A DNA stretch of 64,000 nt, taken from Chrysomallon squamiferum. Its lineage: Eukaryota > Animalia > Mollusca. The notes beneath the pieces were generated by a model that was not told the DNA's origin, ran no database searches, and worked only from the letters and a program-made list of their open reading frames with translations. Both the position numbers and the translations under genes were made by a program. This document shows positions 40,034 through 53,086 of the stretch, piece after piece (the first letter of the stretch is position 1; every line of letters begins with the position of its first letter). The stretch spans positions 11,656,001-11,720,000 of the forward strand of contig CM022666.1 of the NCBI GenBank assembly GCA_012295275.1. The letters run 5' to 3'.

Positions 40034-42025
40034 ATAATAATAATAATAATAATTAAATAATAATAATACAAATAATAATAATAAATAAATAAATAAATAA
40101 ATATGTAATTTTTGCTGATGACGAATATAGTTTCAGTCTGTGGTATGTATTAAAAACAGAAATATTTCTTATTAGTAACTACATAAAGTTTTTCTGTTAC
40201 ATATTTAATTCATCAACACACTTGTATCACCAAGTAGGTCGAACAGATTTACAGTTCAGATTTACATACGTAAATGTTTTTTTCGTAGAGGTCGTGCACG
40301 ACGTCAGAATACCGCCTGGCTGACAGGATGGTCGCTGTAGCTACGTCCTGACTCTCGGAAAACCACAGATACACAAAGCGCGACGGAAAGCGACCGTCGG
40401 CGTAGAAGACTGTGCCGAGGGCGCGTTCCAGACCCATGTACTCCTTGGCGAGCACCACCTCCTGGTACGCGACCAGGTTCGGCCAGTAGGGTCCAGTCTG
40501 ATCCTCGGTGACCGCATCGTACAGCCACACGATAAACACCCGGATGAGAGTCGTGTAGAACTGAAGTTCCATATCAACTGTCTGGTCGCGTCTGTCGAGT
40601 TCATATCTGTTCAAATAAATAAATAAATAAATAAATAAATAGATAAATAAATGCAAAATTTCAGAATTTATAATAATAATAATAATACGTATATGAATAT
40701 GAAGATAACAGTTGTAATTAATAAAAGATAACAATAGAGATTATGAAGAAATGAAACCAGTATTCTGACATAATAATTATCAAGCATTAAAAATCATTTT
40801 AGAAGATTTCATATTTCACAGGTTGTTTTGAGAGGAAATGCTGATGGGTTATTATTATTATTACTATTACTAATGGTAGTGATGTCATTGTCGTTGCTGA
40901 TTTGGTATGTCTGACAGTCTACGTAAAACAAGTCAGAAACGTTCACGTACCTGTGACTGTTAAGGAAGGACAAAAAGTTGTCCTTGGACTGGAATTCGTT
41001 TCTAATTAAATTAGGTCCACTCGTGGAGAAGCGGAAGTCCTCCAGCGAGAGGTCAGTCTTCACGTACTGCTGTAACAACAGACTCTTCGTCTTCTTCTGG
41101 ATCGAGCTGAGGTAGAGGGCGCTCGTGTCGCGCTCCTCCTGCAGCGAGTGGATCACCTGCCCCAGTCTGACGCTGTACACCAGCGTGTTGCGGATGGACG
41201 TCGACTTGGCGTAGTTGCCGAGGGTGATGCAGAACGTGTTGGCGGTGATGCCAGTGAGCACGACGACGGGAATCATGATAATCGATAACATCTTAAATAT
41301 TTGTTTTACCTTCCGGCATGTCGTTATCGGTTCACCTTGAAAATAAAATCATTACTGTCGTTATTATGATAATCACCACCACCACCACAACAACAACAAC
41401 AACAACAACCGTTACTACGATTACCTCAGCTACCATACATGCTGCTGCTAATATTGTAACTGCTACTGTTACTTATAATTACTTCTACTGTTATTACTAC
41501 TACTACTATTACTGTTACTAGTGTTACTACTACTATTACTACTACTGCAACTACTACTATTACTCATAATTTCTTTTGCTGTTACGACTACTACTACTAC
41601 TATTACTGCTACAAATGTTAGTAGTACCACTACTACACTGTGATGCTGCCACTGCTACTACTATCATTACTAAAACAATTTCTACTACTGCTAGGTCTGC
41701 TATATTCGCTGCTAGTATTTCTACGAAATAAAAAAATATGACAAATTATTGGCGTTTTTTAATTAAAATGTTTAAAACAAACCTTCTCACACAGATTTAA
41801 CTGAGTCAGTAATGGCGACAACAAGAAGAGAAATGAATATTTAAGTGACTTACTTCTACAGATCTCTTCATATTTGCTGGTTGGTAGATTGATAGTCAGT
41901 GACGTAGGCCCATTGTTTTGTGATGGTGTTATGGAGATGACGTCGTTGGATGTCACTGATGGGAGTCGTACCTCCTCTCCATTTGAATCCACTCGCCTCT
42001 TTCTGTACGTCTGTATCCACGACAT
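36508..42025 (-). CDS. NIT-domain transmembrane guanylate cyclase (NIT-GC), ~645 aa
   Basis: Exons 42025-41854, 41335-40951, 40606-40270, 39773-39451, 38560-38268, 38090-37953, 37493-37395, 37081-36990, 36606-36508 (1938 nt, phases consistent). Order: TM1; NIT motifs VIHSLQEERDTSALY, KEYMGLERALG, WWFDNMTQYMDLL; TM2; coiled coil LMYQLLPKTIA; class III cyclase VTVFFSD, KIETIGDAY, RIGCHSG, PRYCLLG, IHISE, TYWL. Confidence 0.9.
38785..39430. repeat. Intronic minisatellite, 33-bp unit, ~19 copies
   Basis: Consensus AAATRATGACGTATTAAAGAGTAYCAGTKTATT, in the NIT-GC intron between the TM2 exon and the cyclase exon. Confidence 0.95.
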
Positions 42026-42734
42026 TGTTTACATCTACAGCGGAGGAACAACAACGAAGATTAAGAAGAACAGCAACAAAACAACAACATAACGATTTAA
42101 GAACAATATTTTCGCGTACACAAATACATTTGTACGCATTTATATTCAGCATTATAATTTTCAGCATTATTATTATAAATATAAATATATATGCATATTC
42201 TTAATACTGATTCATTATTAGCACTGTACAGTTTTGAGTCAACAGATGAAGCTATTTCGGACTAAAATTGTTGTTACCAAGGCAGCCATCCATCATTTTT
42301 ATCAGTACGGCCTCGATATGGAGCAAAACTGAGATACGTGGCTTTTTTAAAGAAATTGAAAATTGTTGATTACCTGTTTTAATCTGTCAGATTGACAAAT
42401 TCTTGCAGTCCGATTTTTAAAACTTCATTCTAGTGAGAAATGAAGTTTCATAAAAAAACAAATTTACTTAATAAGTATTTATGAAATATTATAAAAAAGA
42501 AAAAACAGAGGAAAAGTACTGAGTAAATATTAAATGCATATAATAAATAAATATAATACTTTATCACGTTCATACAAAGAGTAAATCTGTGTATGTCAAT
42601 GGAAGATATAAAACATTTAGAATATAAAAACCACTAGTCTTACCTCCTAGCAGAGTGACTTGATTTTGAAAAGAAGAGCAACATAGATACAAGATCAGGG
42701 ATTGACAGTTTGGTTATTTTTTCTGCTTTAGTCA

Positions 42735-42748
42735 GTCACTATGGCAAC
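42735..42748. promoter_or_regulatory. RFX X-box upstream of NIT-GC
   Basis: GTCACTATGGCAAC fits GTHNYY-AT-RRNAAC exactly and lies ~90 bp upstream of a minus-strand donor (exon ending 42644). A second near-match GTTACCAAGGCAGC is at 42273-42286. Confidence 0.6.
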
Positions 42749-43039
42749 TTGTACGTCGGTTCTCTATACCTGTGATAAACAATTATTATTGGAGAATCTG
42801 TCTGAACGAAACAGATTTTAAATTCTCTTCATATTTCAATATGCTTTTAAATGAAGTTTACCTCTACTAGTATTACTAGTATGTCGTTGTTAGTGCTACT
42901 GCTACCACTACTGCAACTACTACTTTTGCTACTAGTATTTCTTTTACCAATTATTGCTAAGATTACTAGTATGATTGCTATTACTGGACTATTTACTAAA
43001 TCATAAACGCATTAACAAAGCCAAAGCTAAAAGCCTTCC

Positions 43040-43319
43040 TGTGTGTGTGTGTGTGTATATGCTTGTGTGTGTGTGTGTGTATATATATCTATATGTGTTT
43101 GTGTGTGTATATATGTGTGTGTATATCTTTGTGTGTATATATATATATATATATATGTATCTATATATATATATATATATATGTGTGTATCATCTATATG
43201 TGTGTGTGTATATATATATATGTGTGTGTGTGTGTGTTTGTGTGTGTACATGTATACATATATGTGTGTGTGTGTGTGTAGATGTATACATATATGTGTG
43301 TGTGTGTATGTATGTGTGT

Positions 43320-43381
<62 letters not shown>

Positions 43382-43382
43382 A
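43040..43382. repeat. Compound (TG)n/(TA)n microsatellite
   Basis: Seen directly. Source of several spurious CV/HT ORFs. Confidence 0.9.
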
Positions 43383-43527
43383 TAAATCACTTCTGCTAAA
43401 GAATGGCGGGTTTTGTTTGTCGTGTGCAAGATATCTGTTAAGTATCAATTTAAACTGTAACATTAAACATGCATTACCATTATTTTTTATCTTTCCTTTG
43501 CTTTATGTTATTTCTTTTTTCTTCTTC

Positions 43528-43594
<67 letters not shown>

Positions 43595-44637
43595 TTTTTT
43601 ATTATTATTTTGTAATATATCATATGAAAAACCAATCAGCATATCGACAAACAGGAAAACGAAAGACTGAACTTCATGGTAATATTCTTAACTCAAAAAG
43701 GCCTTCGTGCTTTCTACCGTTTAACTTCTTTGTAGTTACTGACCTCACACATCAAACTAGTAAATTAAGCCAGACATTGCGAATCTCTGACAAGATACAG
43801 GACAGTAAAGTTTTCACTACAGTTTTAAATATACTACGACGAAGACGTTAGCTGACTTGCGATAAACAGTACTACGTGATAGTCATTATGAAGTATCGAC
43901 TAAGCTTACGTCTGTTATGTATAGCTTATTATCACTTATAAACTTTACCAGTTGTCTTTAAATCTGTTATTTGTCCATAACCTTTTGCTGCACGAGTACG
44001 TAAGTCCAAGATCTTGTTTAATAAATCGTGTTTACCACTGCAAGATTAGCTGGATTTTACAAAAGATCGTAGTAGGAGACAAATGATAGCAGTAATTATT
44101 GCTGTTCAGTGTGGCGATGGAGATAAGATGTTGTCCGAAGATCAACAGAGGTTTATTCAAAACACAGACGCGATTTACATTAACAGTTGTCCGTAACTCG
44201 GGAACCAGCTCTCGGGTGAGAAGAGCTGTCGACTGAACCCAGGGACTCAGCACGCCAGCAGAATACAGAGTTTTTGTGTTAACGACTTGGGTGGAAACTG
44301 ACGCGAGATTTCCTCTTCACAAACAAACTTCAACAAGACTGACTCAAGAACGATCACCAGGCTGGAAGGTTTTCCATTCGCGAGTCGACATCCAGCACGT
44401 GCAGATCTGCTCAAGGAAACAGAGAAATGTGAATGCAAGACCGAGGAAGAGAATCTGCAGGGAACTCGACAAGCCACTGGTCACTTTTTGAAGAAATAAT
44501 ATTTTGAATGAATGAATCTTTTAGAATATTGAATATGTTTTGTTTTTTTCAGCTCTTAATTTAGAAACCCAGATCATATTTTATATCCATATATAAATTA
44601 TTATCATCTTTTATTCCAGTTAGCGTTTCTTTTTTTT

Positions 44638-44672
<35 letters not shown>

Positions 44673-44817
44673 TTGTTACCTTTTTGTGCACACTATCTTC
44701 TTTTTATCACATGTTTTTGTTATTATCTGTGTTTCATTCGGTAATAGAGTTCTTCCTGACTCCTGTCTACAGTGTACATTGTGTTAGAATCTCGGCTTTT
44801 GTATTCGTTCTTATCTT

Positions 44818-44874
<57 letters not shown>

Positions 44875-45102
44875 GAATTATTTAACTGATCAGTTTCCTG
44901 CTAATTGGGAACATTTCATTAACAGTTACAACGAGTATATCATAAGACCTCTGAGCCGTGAATTGTTGTATAATGTGATTTGACCAGCTGTTAATTCGAT
45001 CAAGATGAACTGTCATCTAATTATATCAACGAAGTGTGAAATCATCATCATTATTATTATCATTACCACTACTACTACTACTACTTCTACTGCTACTACT
45101 AC

Positions 45103-45139
<37 letters not shown>

Positions 45140-46080
45140 TGGCGATGATGTTGTTAAAACGCACTATATATAATACTATTTATAAATTCAGTAATACATG
45201 TAAAGACGTATTTTATGAAATTTTATAAATTAAGATTACCTAGGAATATAATTATTAATTTAAACTGAAACGTGTAAATAAGTTTAATTTTCTATTTTAC
45301 ATTCATCATGTAACAGATATAAATAATTTCACTTGTGAATATGATCTGTTTTAGTTTTATTTCACTTCAAAGATAACACAACATTTTGTTTACAGTTAAC
45401 AGTCAAATGTCTTTTACTAATATTAATAAATTCATTTTCGAATTATTTACTACAGATACCTCATTCCACTATAAGCATCGCAATTTACCCAGCGTTCCTC
45501 TCTTCATAGGCAACGTGCAAAAACTATTATATAAGGTTAATAACAGTATTGTTAAAAAATACTAAATACTGATTTCTCAGTGCTATGCTATTTTGATTAT
45601 AGAACGTTTATCTCACGAAACAACAAAGGGATTATAAACAAAAATGTTCCCAAGTTTTCGCCAAACGTTTTCCAACAGTCGCAGTTTTGCAGGTTTGACA
45701 AAATTTGATTATTATTGTTGTTGTTGTTCTTGCTGTTGTTATTATTAAGAACAAGAATCGGAAAAGAAAGATGAAAGTAGAAACATGTAAAGCAAAGAAC
45801 GTGAGATAATGAACCCAAATTACGAATGACAAACGTGTGAGAAGAACGTGTTCTTCATTGGTTAGGAGAGATCGATGTACAGTGAAAGGCTGGCACATGC
45901 AGTCAGCTCTCACGTCATCAGGTAGGTAGACACGTCTTGTCACTGCTTCTTTCTCACGTTCAGTTTCTTACCACTTCATGTCGATGTTTGTATGTCCGAT
46001 TTAATATTTAGCATTATCGTAAGATTGAGCGAAAACACTCTGAGTCGACTGTCAGTTTGAACGATAAACGAAAGTGCGTG

Positions 46081-46140
<60 letters not shown>

Positions 46141-46662
46141 GCAGCAGCGATTTAGAGATATAGAGATACAGTGTTTTGGAAATTTTTAGAAAAATGTATA
46201 TACAGTTAATTAATTTAGATAACTGACACGCATTATCATATAGTACTATATATTAAAAAGTGCTTCGGGTAGGCTTGGTAATATAAAGTGATTGTATTTA
46301 TAGAACAATAAAAATGATACGTTAACGAAGTCGTCAAAATAGTTAGAACTAAAAGAAAAGTAGAAACGCTTAGAGCGACAAACGCTGAAATGACATCGCT
46401 CAGGATGTAGTCGCTTTGTTGTAACAAATAACTTTACACTAACGTACATCTGTTTTTGTTTTAGTATATTATTTGTGCTTTGTTATCAAATATTATCTAA
46501 CAGTATGTTAAATACAACATTAATGCAAACTATATGAAATGAAAACAAAAATAAACAAACAAATAAATAAATAAAAGGCATTTTAATATTAATTTATTTA
46601 TTTTCGGATTAAATATCAAAGATTTTGTTCTATAATGGTTTAATTTTGGACTTAATTTTATT

Positions 46663-46740
<78 letters not shown>

Positions 46741-47265
46741 TAGATAGATAGATAGATATAGATATAGATATAGATATATACACATACATATATATTTATA
46801 TAAAGTAATAAAATAAATAAGTCCAAGACAAAACTGTTATGTTCCCAAAAACTGGCAGTTTCCAGATTAGTAAGCGGTGAGGTGTTTTAATCCGCTTCCA
46901 GAAATGGGAAAACTGGCGTGAGCAATTAAAGTCAATTTAGACGCATGGGGATAACGAGATGTGTGAAGAACAGATGGCACAATTAACAGAACTGTTAGAG
47001 TTAATATTATTTAAATGAAGAATTCGAGGACGATCTTACAGAACACAATAATAAGATAAAAACTATTTTATTCCACTCTTTTTTTTTTTATTTATTATTT
47101 TATTGATCATTTATTTAATATTTATTTTATTTTATTTTATTTTATTTTTTATGCTGTGTTATGCTATGTTCTGTTCTGTTATGTTATGTTATGTTATGTT
47201 ATGTTATGTTATTTATAGATTTATTTACATATTTATAGTTCATTTGTTTATTTGTTTGTTGCAGC

Positions 47266-47745
47266 ATGTTTATCCAAGTCACAGTGACGATGGTGACATT
47301 GTTGTATGCGGGGTCGTTGTCAAATGGAGCAGTCTCGGAGTTGCTGTCCACTGAACGTCTGAGTAGCGACACTTCGAACCTGCAGACGATGTCTTACTTT
47401 GCTGTGTCCACGGCTGCCTCGATCACACCAACTGAAGACCGTTCCGACAACGAATCCGTGCAGACAGTGTCCACGCCCGACTCAACGACTGCAGCTACAA
47501 CACTGTCAGACTTTAACAAACTCGAACTCGTCCTGCTTCCCATGTTCTTCGTGACGGGAATCATCGGAAACATCCTCAGTGTGATCATCATGTTGAAGAA
47601 CGACTTCCGGATCATGGTTTCCAGTATCATCATCATCTGTCTGTCCTTCTCAGACTCCACCGTTCTCCTCATGCAGGTTAGTGTTTTCATATCGTATACT
47701 TACCTAATAAATGTCAAAACGTAAAATACACCATTTTTTTAAATC

Positions 47746-47785
<40 letters not shown>

Positions 47786-48230
47786 TTATTATTATTATTA
47801 TTATTATTACTGTTATATTTATTTAGAATATATTTGCTTAAAATTAATGTTGCCATATAAAATACATTAAAATAAGAAAGAAAAGAAAAAGAAAGAAATA
47901 AACTGCATTGCGAAGCTATTAAGTCTGAGACAGGAATGAACTGTTTAATACCTGTGACTGGATGTAAGCTACCCGAACCTGAATTATAATGTCATTGTCC
48001 GGCCACAGTACTACTACTACTGTTGTGTCCACTATAGCTACAACTAGCAGCGATCTCATCTTGTGTTTACAAACCGATGAGTGAACTTATAATGCTTTAA
48101 GCTAAAAGTGGAAAACTATCGTATTTTGCAAATTAGAATGAAGGCAACATTTGAATGGACAGGTCACCAGTACAGAGACTGCGCAAAGGTGTATCCCCCG
48201 CATCTTAGAGGGAATATTGGCCACCATTAA

Positions 48231-48281
<51 letters not shown>

Positions 48282-49208
48282 TACAACATCGCATTATACA
48301 TACTCGGAAGAAAATTACTATAACTGATGAATGATTTTAAAGAAGATTAAAATCGACTCAAACTTATGTCAGTATACATGTTATCTCTTATATATCTCGT
48401 AGATATATTTCTTTTTCGTCATGCCTTTTTATTAAAAAGTTCTTAAGTAAAAAAAGTGTTAATTTCCCTTAGTTTTTATGTGATTTGGGATTACAACCTA
48501 AAATAAATAACTGGTTAATGTCTAAAGATATCAGATGTATCCTGCTTAGATCAAATGGCAAATACAGTTCTGCATGCGCCATTCTAAACTGAAAAGGATA
48601 AAGGTCAAATCAATCTTCAGTAGCATCTATCACATGACGTGTGGGGGGTGCGGAGTGTGTGGACAGTCGCCTAGACGGCAGCGGCACATTTATGACGACG
48701 TAGTGACTGTCGTGTTCTGAATAACAGAAGTTGTTTCTGCATAAGCCTGCTCCTATCTTTTGTCAGTGTGGCTTGAAGAAATTATTTGGTATCGCAGACA
48801 AACAAGAATGGGAAATTCTTCGAATACTCGCGAGTGTCTGCGGACAGAATGGAGAGTGAAGATTTGGCTACGCCACTGGATGTCTTAATACATTAATCAG
48901 TTGTTATTCCTTATCTATATTACTTTTTCTTAGATTACCGTTTTTATTTTATTTCCAGTTTCTTCGTATTAATTTAATTATTTAACTTGCCATGTCTGTC
49001 GGTGTTCGTTTAGTCCAGCAGTTTTAATGGCAGCGGTCACGGCAGGTCGCCATGTCGCAATTACAGGCGAGGAAGCGAATTTAACAAACTACTGAAACAG
49101 CAATTCATTTAGCCGTGGACATCGAGATACTCCACGTTTAGATACTTTTATCTGTATTTCAGTCTGTTGATTTTCTTTTTGTTTTTATTATTATTATTTT
49201 TATTTTTA

Positions 49209-49278
<70 letters not shown>

Positions 49279-50515
49279 GATGTATTCGTGTTTGCTGATG
49301 GTTCTGAAGATGAAACACTGTTTTTGTTATAACTGAGAATGTTCGTGGTGTTTTAATTACACATCGGGCTAATAACAATACACGTAATATAATTATAATT
49401 AGAAATAAGGCGTTAAGTGCATGCCTCCTCCGAAGTAAAAACAAAGAGGTAAAAAATAAATAAAAGAAGAAAACAAAAACGTTATTATTATTTGCTACAT
49501 TTCTCTCTCTCTTTGTTTCGTATTTTCTTACAAAAGTTATAAAATATGGAATTAATAAATTTTAATTATTGTTTCTTTTCGGTTTACAAAAAACAACAGT
49601 ACTCACTTGAAGTCAGGGTTATTTTTTAAAAAAACGAGAAAAAAATAGATATTGAGAAAAAGCTAATAAACTCGGAAAAGAACAAACTGGTGATTATCAG
49701 CAAATAGTTTTAGAAACAATGTTTAAAGAATATATGTGTGTACATGTTAAAAATAATTGTTTTTAATCGTTTGTATTTGCTGTGCCTTTCCATTTATGTT
49801 TTGAACATTTTTTTTTAATTTTCAGCCCTTTCAAAGTCCTGTATTCAACCAAATATTCGGCATGGACATCAGATCGTTGTCAGACGCAGGCTGCATCGTC
49901 TTCTCCGTCATCTGGCGCACGGCAAAGACGTCGTCTGCCTGGCTCGTTGTTCTCATCAGCTTTGAGCGACTACTCGCCGTCTGCTTCCCGTTCCACATCA
50001 GGAGGAATCTGCACGAGACGAAACATGAAGATTGTCATAACCTGCATCTACGCGCTTGCACTGGCCTTCTGTATTTTCTGGTCTCTGTCATCCAAAGTTT
50101 CAGAGAAAGGTGTCTGCATGTTTAACTACGCAGGCTCGCCCGAAGATGCCGACAGAGTCCAGATCATGCTGGTCGCTGGGACGTTTATCTGCGGGGCGCT
50201 GCCCACTTGCATTTTGCCTGTGACCAGCCTCGTTACCATAATTCGCCTGTATCAGCAGCGTAAAGCGCGTAGAAATATGACGTACAACCACAACAACGGC
50301 TACAGAGACATCACCTCGCAGATGACGGCGATGCTGCTCAGTGTGCCAATAGCTTTCATCATCTTAGTGTCGCCCACGTGGATAGGCCACAACATCGGCT
50401 TCATTCTTTCTAGAAACTTTCATTCGTCACAGGTTATTATTTTCTCTTCACATCTGTTAAATATTACAAACTGATGTTCGTTATCAGTCAGTTTGTACCA
50501 TCTCCACTACCGATC

Positions 50516-50577
<62 letters not shown>

Positions 50578-51122
50578 CACACAGAGATACATATATTTAC
50601 ACACACTCACACACACACATACACACACACAAATACACACACAGACAGATACATATATTCACACACACACACACACACACATATTCACAAATACACAGAC
50701 AGACTGATACATATATTCACACACACATACATACACACACACACAAATACACAGACAGATACATATATTCACACACATACACATACACACATATACATAT
50801 ATATACGTTTAAATGTTGGTCAAACAATAATTTTATTAGATGTTAAATTTTAATCTACAGGTTTTATATTTATTTCATGTCTCTTTCTTTCTCTATTTCT
50901 TTATTTCTTTATTTATTTTTTCATTTCATTTTCAAGACCCCATTTCTCAGAACATGGCGAAAAGTTGCACAGCCACTGGAGCAAATCAATTTTTCCATCA
51001 ACATTTTCCTCTACATTATCTGCAGTAAAACATACCGGAGCCGCCTGAGAGAGCTGCTGCTACCCAGAAAGAAAACACATCACAGCGAGTGTCAGCAGTC
51101 AGTGTATTCCACACAGTGCTGA
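47266..51122 (+). CDS. Class A (rhodopsin-like) GPCR, FMRFamide-receptor-like peptide/orphan group, ~400 aa, with a +1 frameshift near 50006
   Basis: Exons 47266-47676, 49826-50432, 50937-51122 (1204 nt = 3n+1). Hydrophobic leader and S/T-rich N-terminus. TM1 [10 protein letters not shown]2 LSFSD, TM3 [22 protein letters not shown]5 LPTCIL, TM6 FIILVSP, TM7 [17 protein letters not shown]. The frame switches just after HIRR. Confidence 0.85.
48618..48878. mobile_element. Degenerate hAT-like MITE in GPCR intron 1
   Basis: Right end GGCTACGCCACTG (reverse complement CAGTGGCGTAGCC, a common MITE terminus) and a decayed left end CAGTAGCATC followed by a G-rich motif. The TSD is weak. Confidence 0.4.
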
Positions 51123-52720
51123 ATCTACACTCTGTTTCACCCAGTGCTGAATCTACACTGTGTTTCACCCAGTGCTGAATCTACACTGTGTTTCACCCAG
51201 TGCTGAATCTACAGTGTGCTTCTACACTGTTTCCCAGTCCCTGAATTTTCACTCAGTGCTGAATCTACAGTGTGTTCCACCCAGTGCTGAATCTACAGTG
51301 TGTTTCACCCAGTGCTGAATCTACACTGTGTTCCACTCAGTGCTGAATCTACACTGTATTCCACCCAGTGCCGAATCTACAGTGTTTCACCCAGTGCTGA
51401 ATCTACACTGTGTTCCACCCAATGCTGAATCTACACTGTGTTTCACTCAGTGCTGAATGTACACTGTTTTTCACCCAGTGCTGAATCTACAGTATATTCC
51501 ACCCAGTGCTGAATCTACAGTATATTCCACACAATGCTGAATCTACAGTGTGTTTCACCCAGTGCTGAATCTACACTGTTTCACTCAGTGCTGAATGTAC
51601 ACTGTTTTTCACCCAGTGCTGAATCTACAGTATATTCCACACAATGCTGAATCTACAGTGTGTTTCACCCAATGCTGAATCTACACTGTGTTTCACTCAG
51701 TGCTGAATGTACACTGTTTTTCACCCAGTGCTGAATCTACAGTATATTCCACACAGTGCTGAATCTACAGTGTATTCCACACAGTGCTGAATTTACACTG
51801 TGTTCCACTGAGTGCTGAATCTACAGTGTATTCCACACAATGCTGAATCTACACTGTGTTTCACTCAGTGCTGAATCTACAGTGTGTTCCACCCAGTGCT
51901 GAATCTACAGTATATTCCACACAATGCTGAATCTACAGTGTGTTTCACTCAGTGCTGAATCTACAGTGTGTTCCACCCAGTGCTGAATCTACAGTGTATT
52001 CCACACAATGCTGAATCTACACTGTGTTCCACTCAGTGCTGAATCTACAGTATATTCCACACAGTGCTGAATCTACAGTGTATTCCACACAGTGCTGAAT
52101 CTACAGTGTGTTTCACTCAGAGCTGAATCTACAGTGTGTTTCACACAGTGCTGAATCTACAGTGTGTTTCACTCAGTGCTGAATCTACAGTGTGTTTCAC
52201 TCAGTGCTGAATCTACAGTGTGTTTCACTCAGTCCTGAATCTACAGTGTGTTTCACCCAGTGCTGAATCTACAGTGTGTTTCACCCAGTGCTGAATCTAC
52301 AGTGTGTTTCACCCAGTGCTGAATCTACAGTGTGTTTCACCCAGTGCTGAATCTACAGTGTGTTTCACTCAGAACTGAATCTACACTGTGTTTCACCCAG
52401 TGCCTAATGTACAGTGTGTTTCACTCAGTGCTGAATCTACAGCGTATTTCACTCAGTGCTGAATCTACAGCGTGTTTCACTCAGTGCTGAATCTACAGTG
52501 TGTTTCACTCAGTGCCTAATCTACAGTGTATTTCACTCAGTGCTGAATCTACAGTGTATTTCACTCAGTGCCTAATCTACAGTGTATTTCACTCAGTGCT
52601 GAATTTAACTACAATATATAGCATGCAGTGCTGAATTTAACTACAATATATAGCATTCAGTATTGAATTTAACTAAAACGTATTTCACTCAGTGCTGAAT
52701 TTAACTACAAAGTATTTCAA
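51100..52720. repeat. Minisatellite array, 28-bp unit, ~58 copies, beginning within the last GPCR codons
   Basis: Consensus CAGTGCTGAATCTACASTGTRTTYCACH. The first unit contains the GPCR stop codon. Confidence 0.95.
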
Positions 52721-53051
52721 ACAGCTTTTCAGGTCTTTGATTCTACGTCTGACCAGTCAGAGTTCAACTATCGTCTTTTTTATGTTTCTTAATACTGCAG
52801 TTTTAATAAGAACTCTAATGATAGGACAGTTTGCCTGTATCCAGGGTATCTTGTAGTAGAAAAATTTAGTTTTAATTCAGATTATTATATTCGTATATTT
52901 ATCAGCTCTTTATTTTTTTGTCGATGATAATAACGTCCTCTTATGGGTTTTTTTAAACCTTATTAAACAAATTATTACAGGAAAAGGTAATGATATGTAT
53001 AAAGAAATACTGATGAGAGGTTATGTGAAGTCATATCTATCTATCTATCTT

Positions 53052-53086
<35 letters not shown>

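Noticed and set aside
44032-44491. Short ORFs in the GC-richer block upstream of NIT-GC
   Set aside because: No recognisable protein features. Better explained as a 5' UTR exon or promoter.
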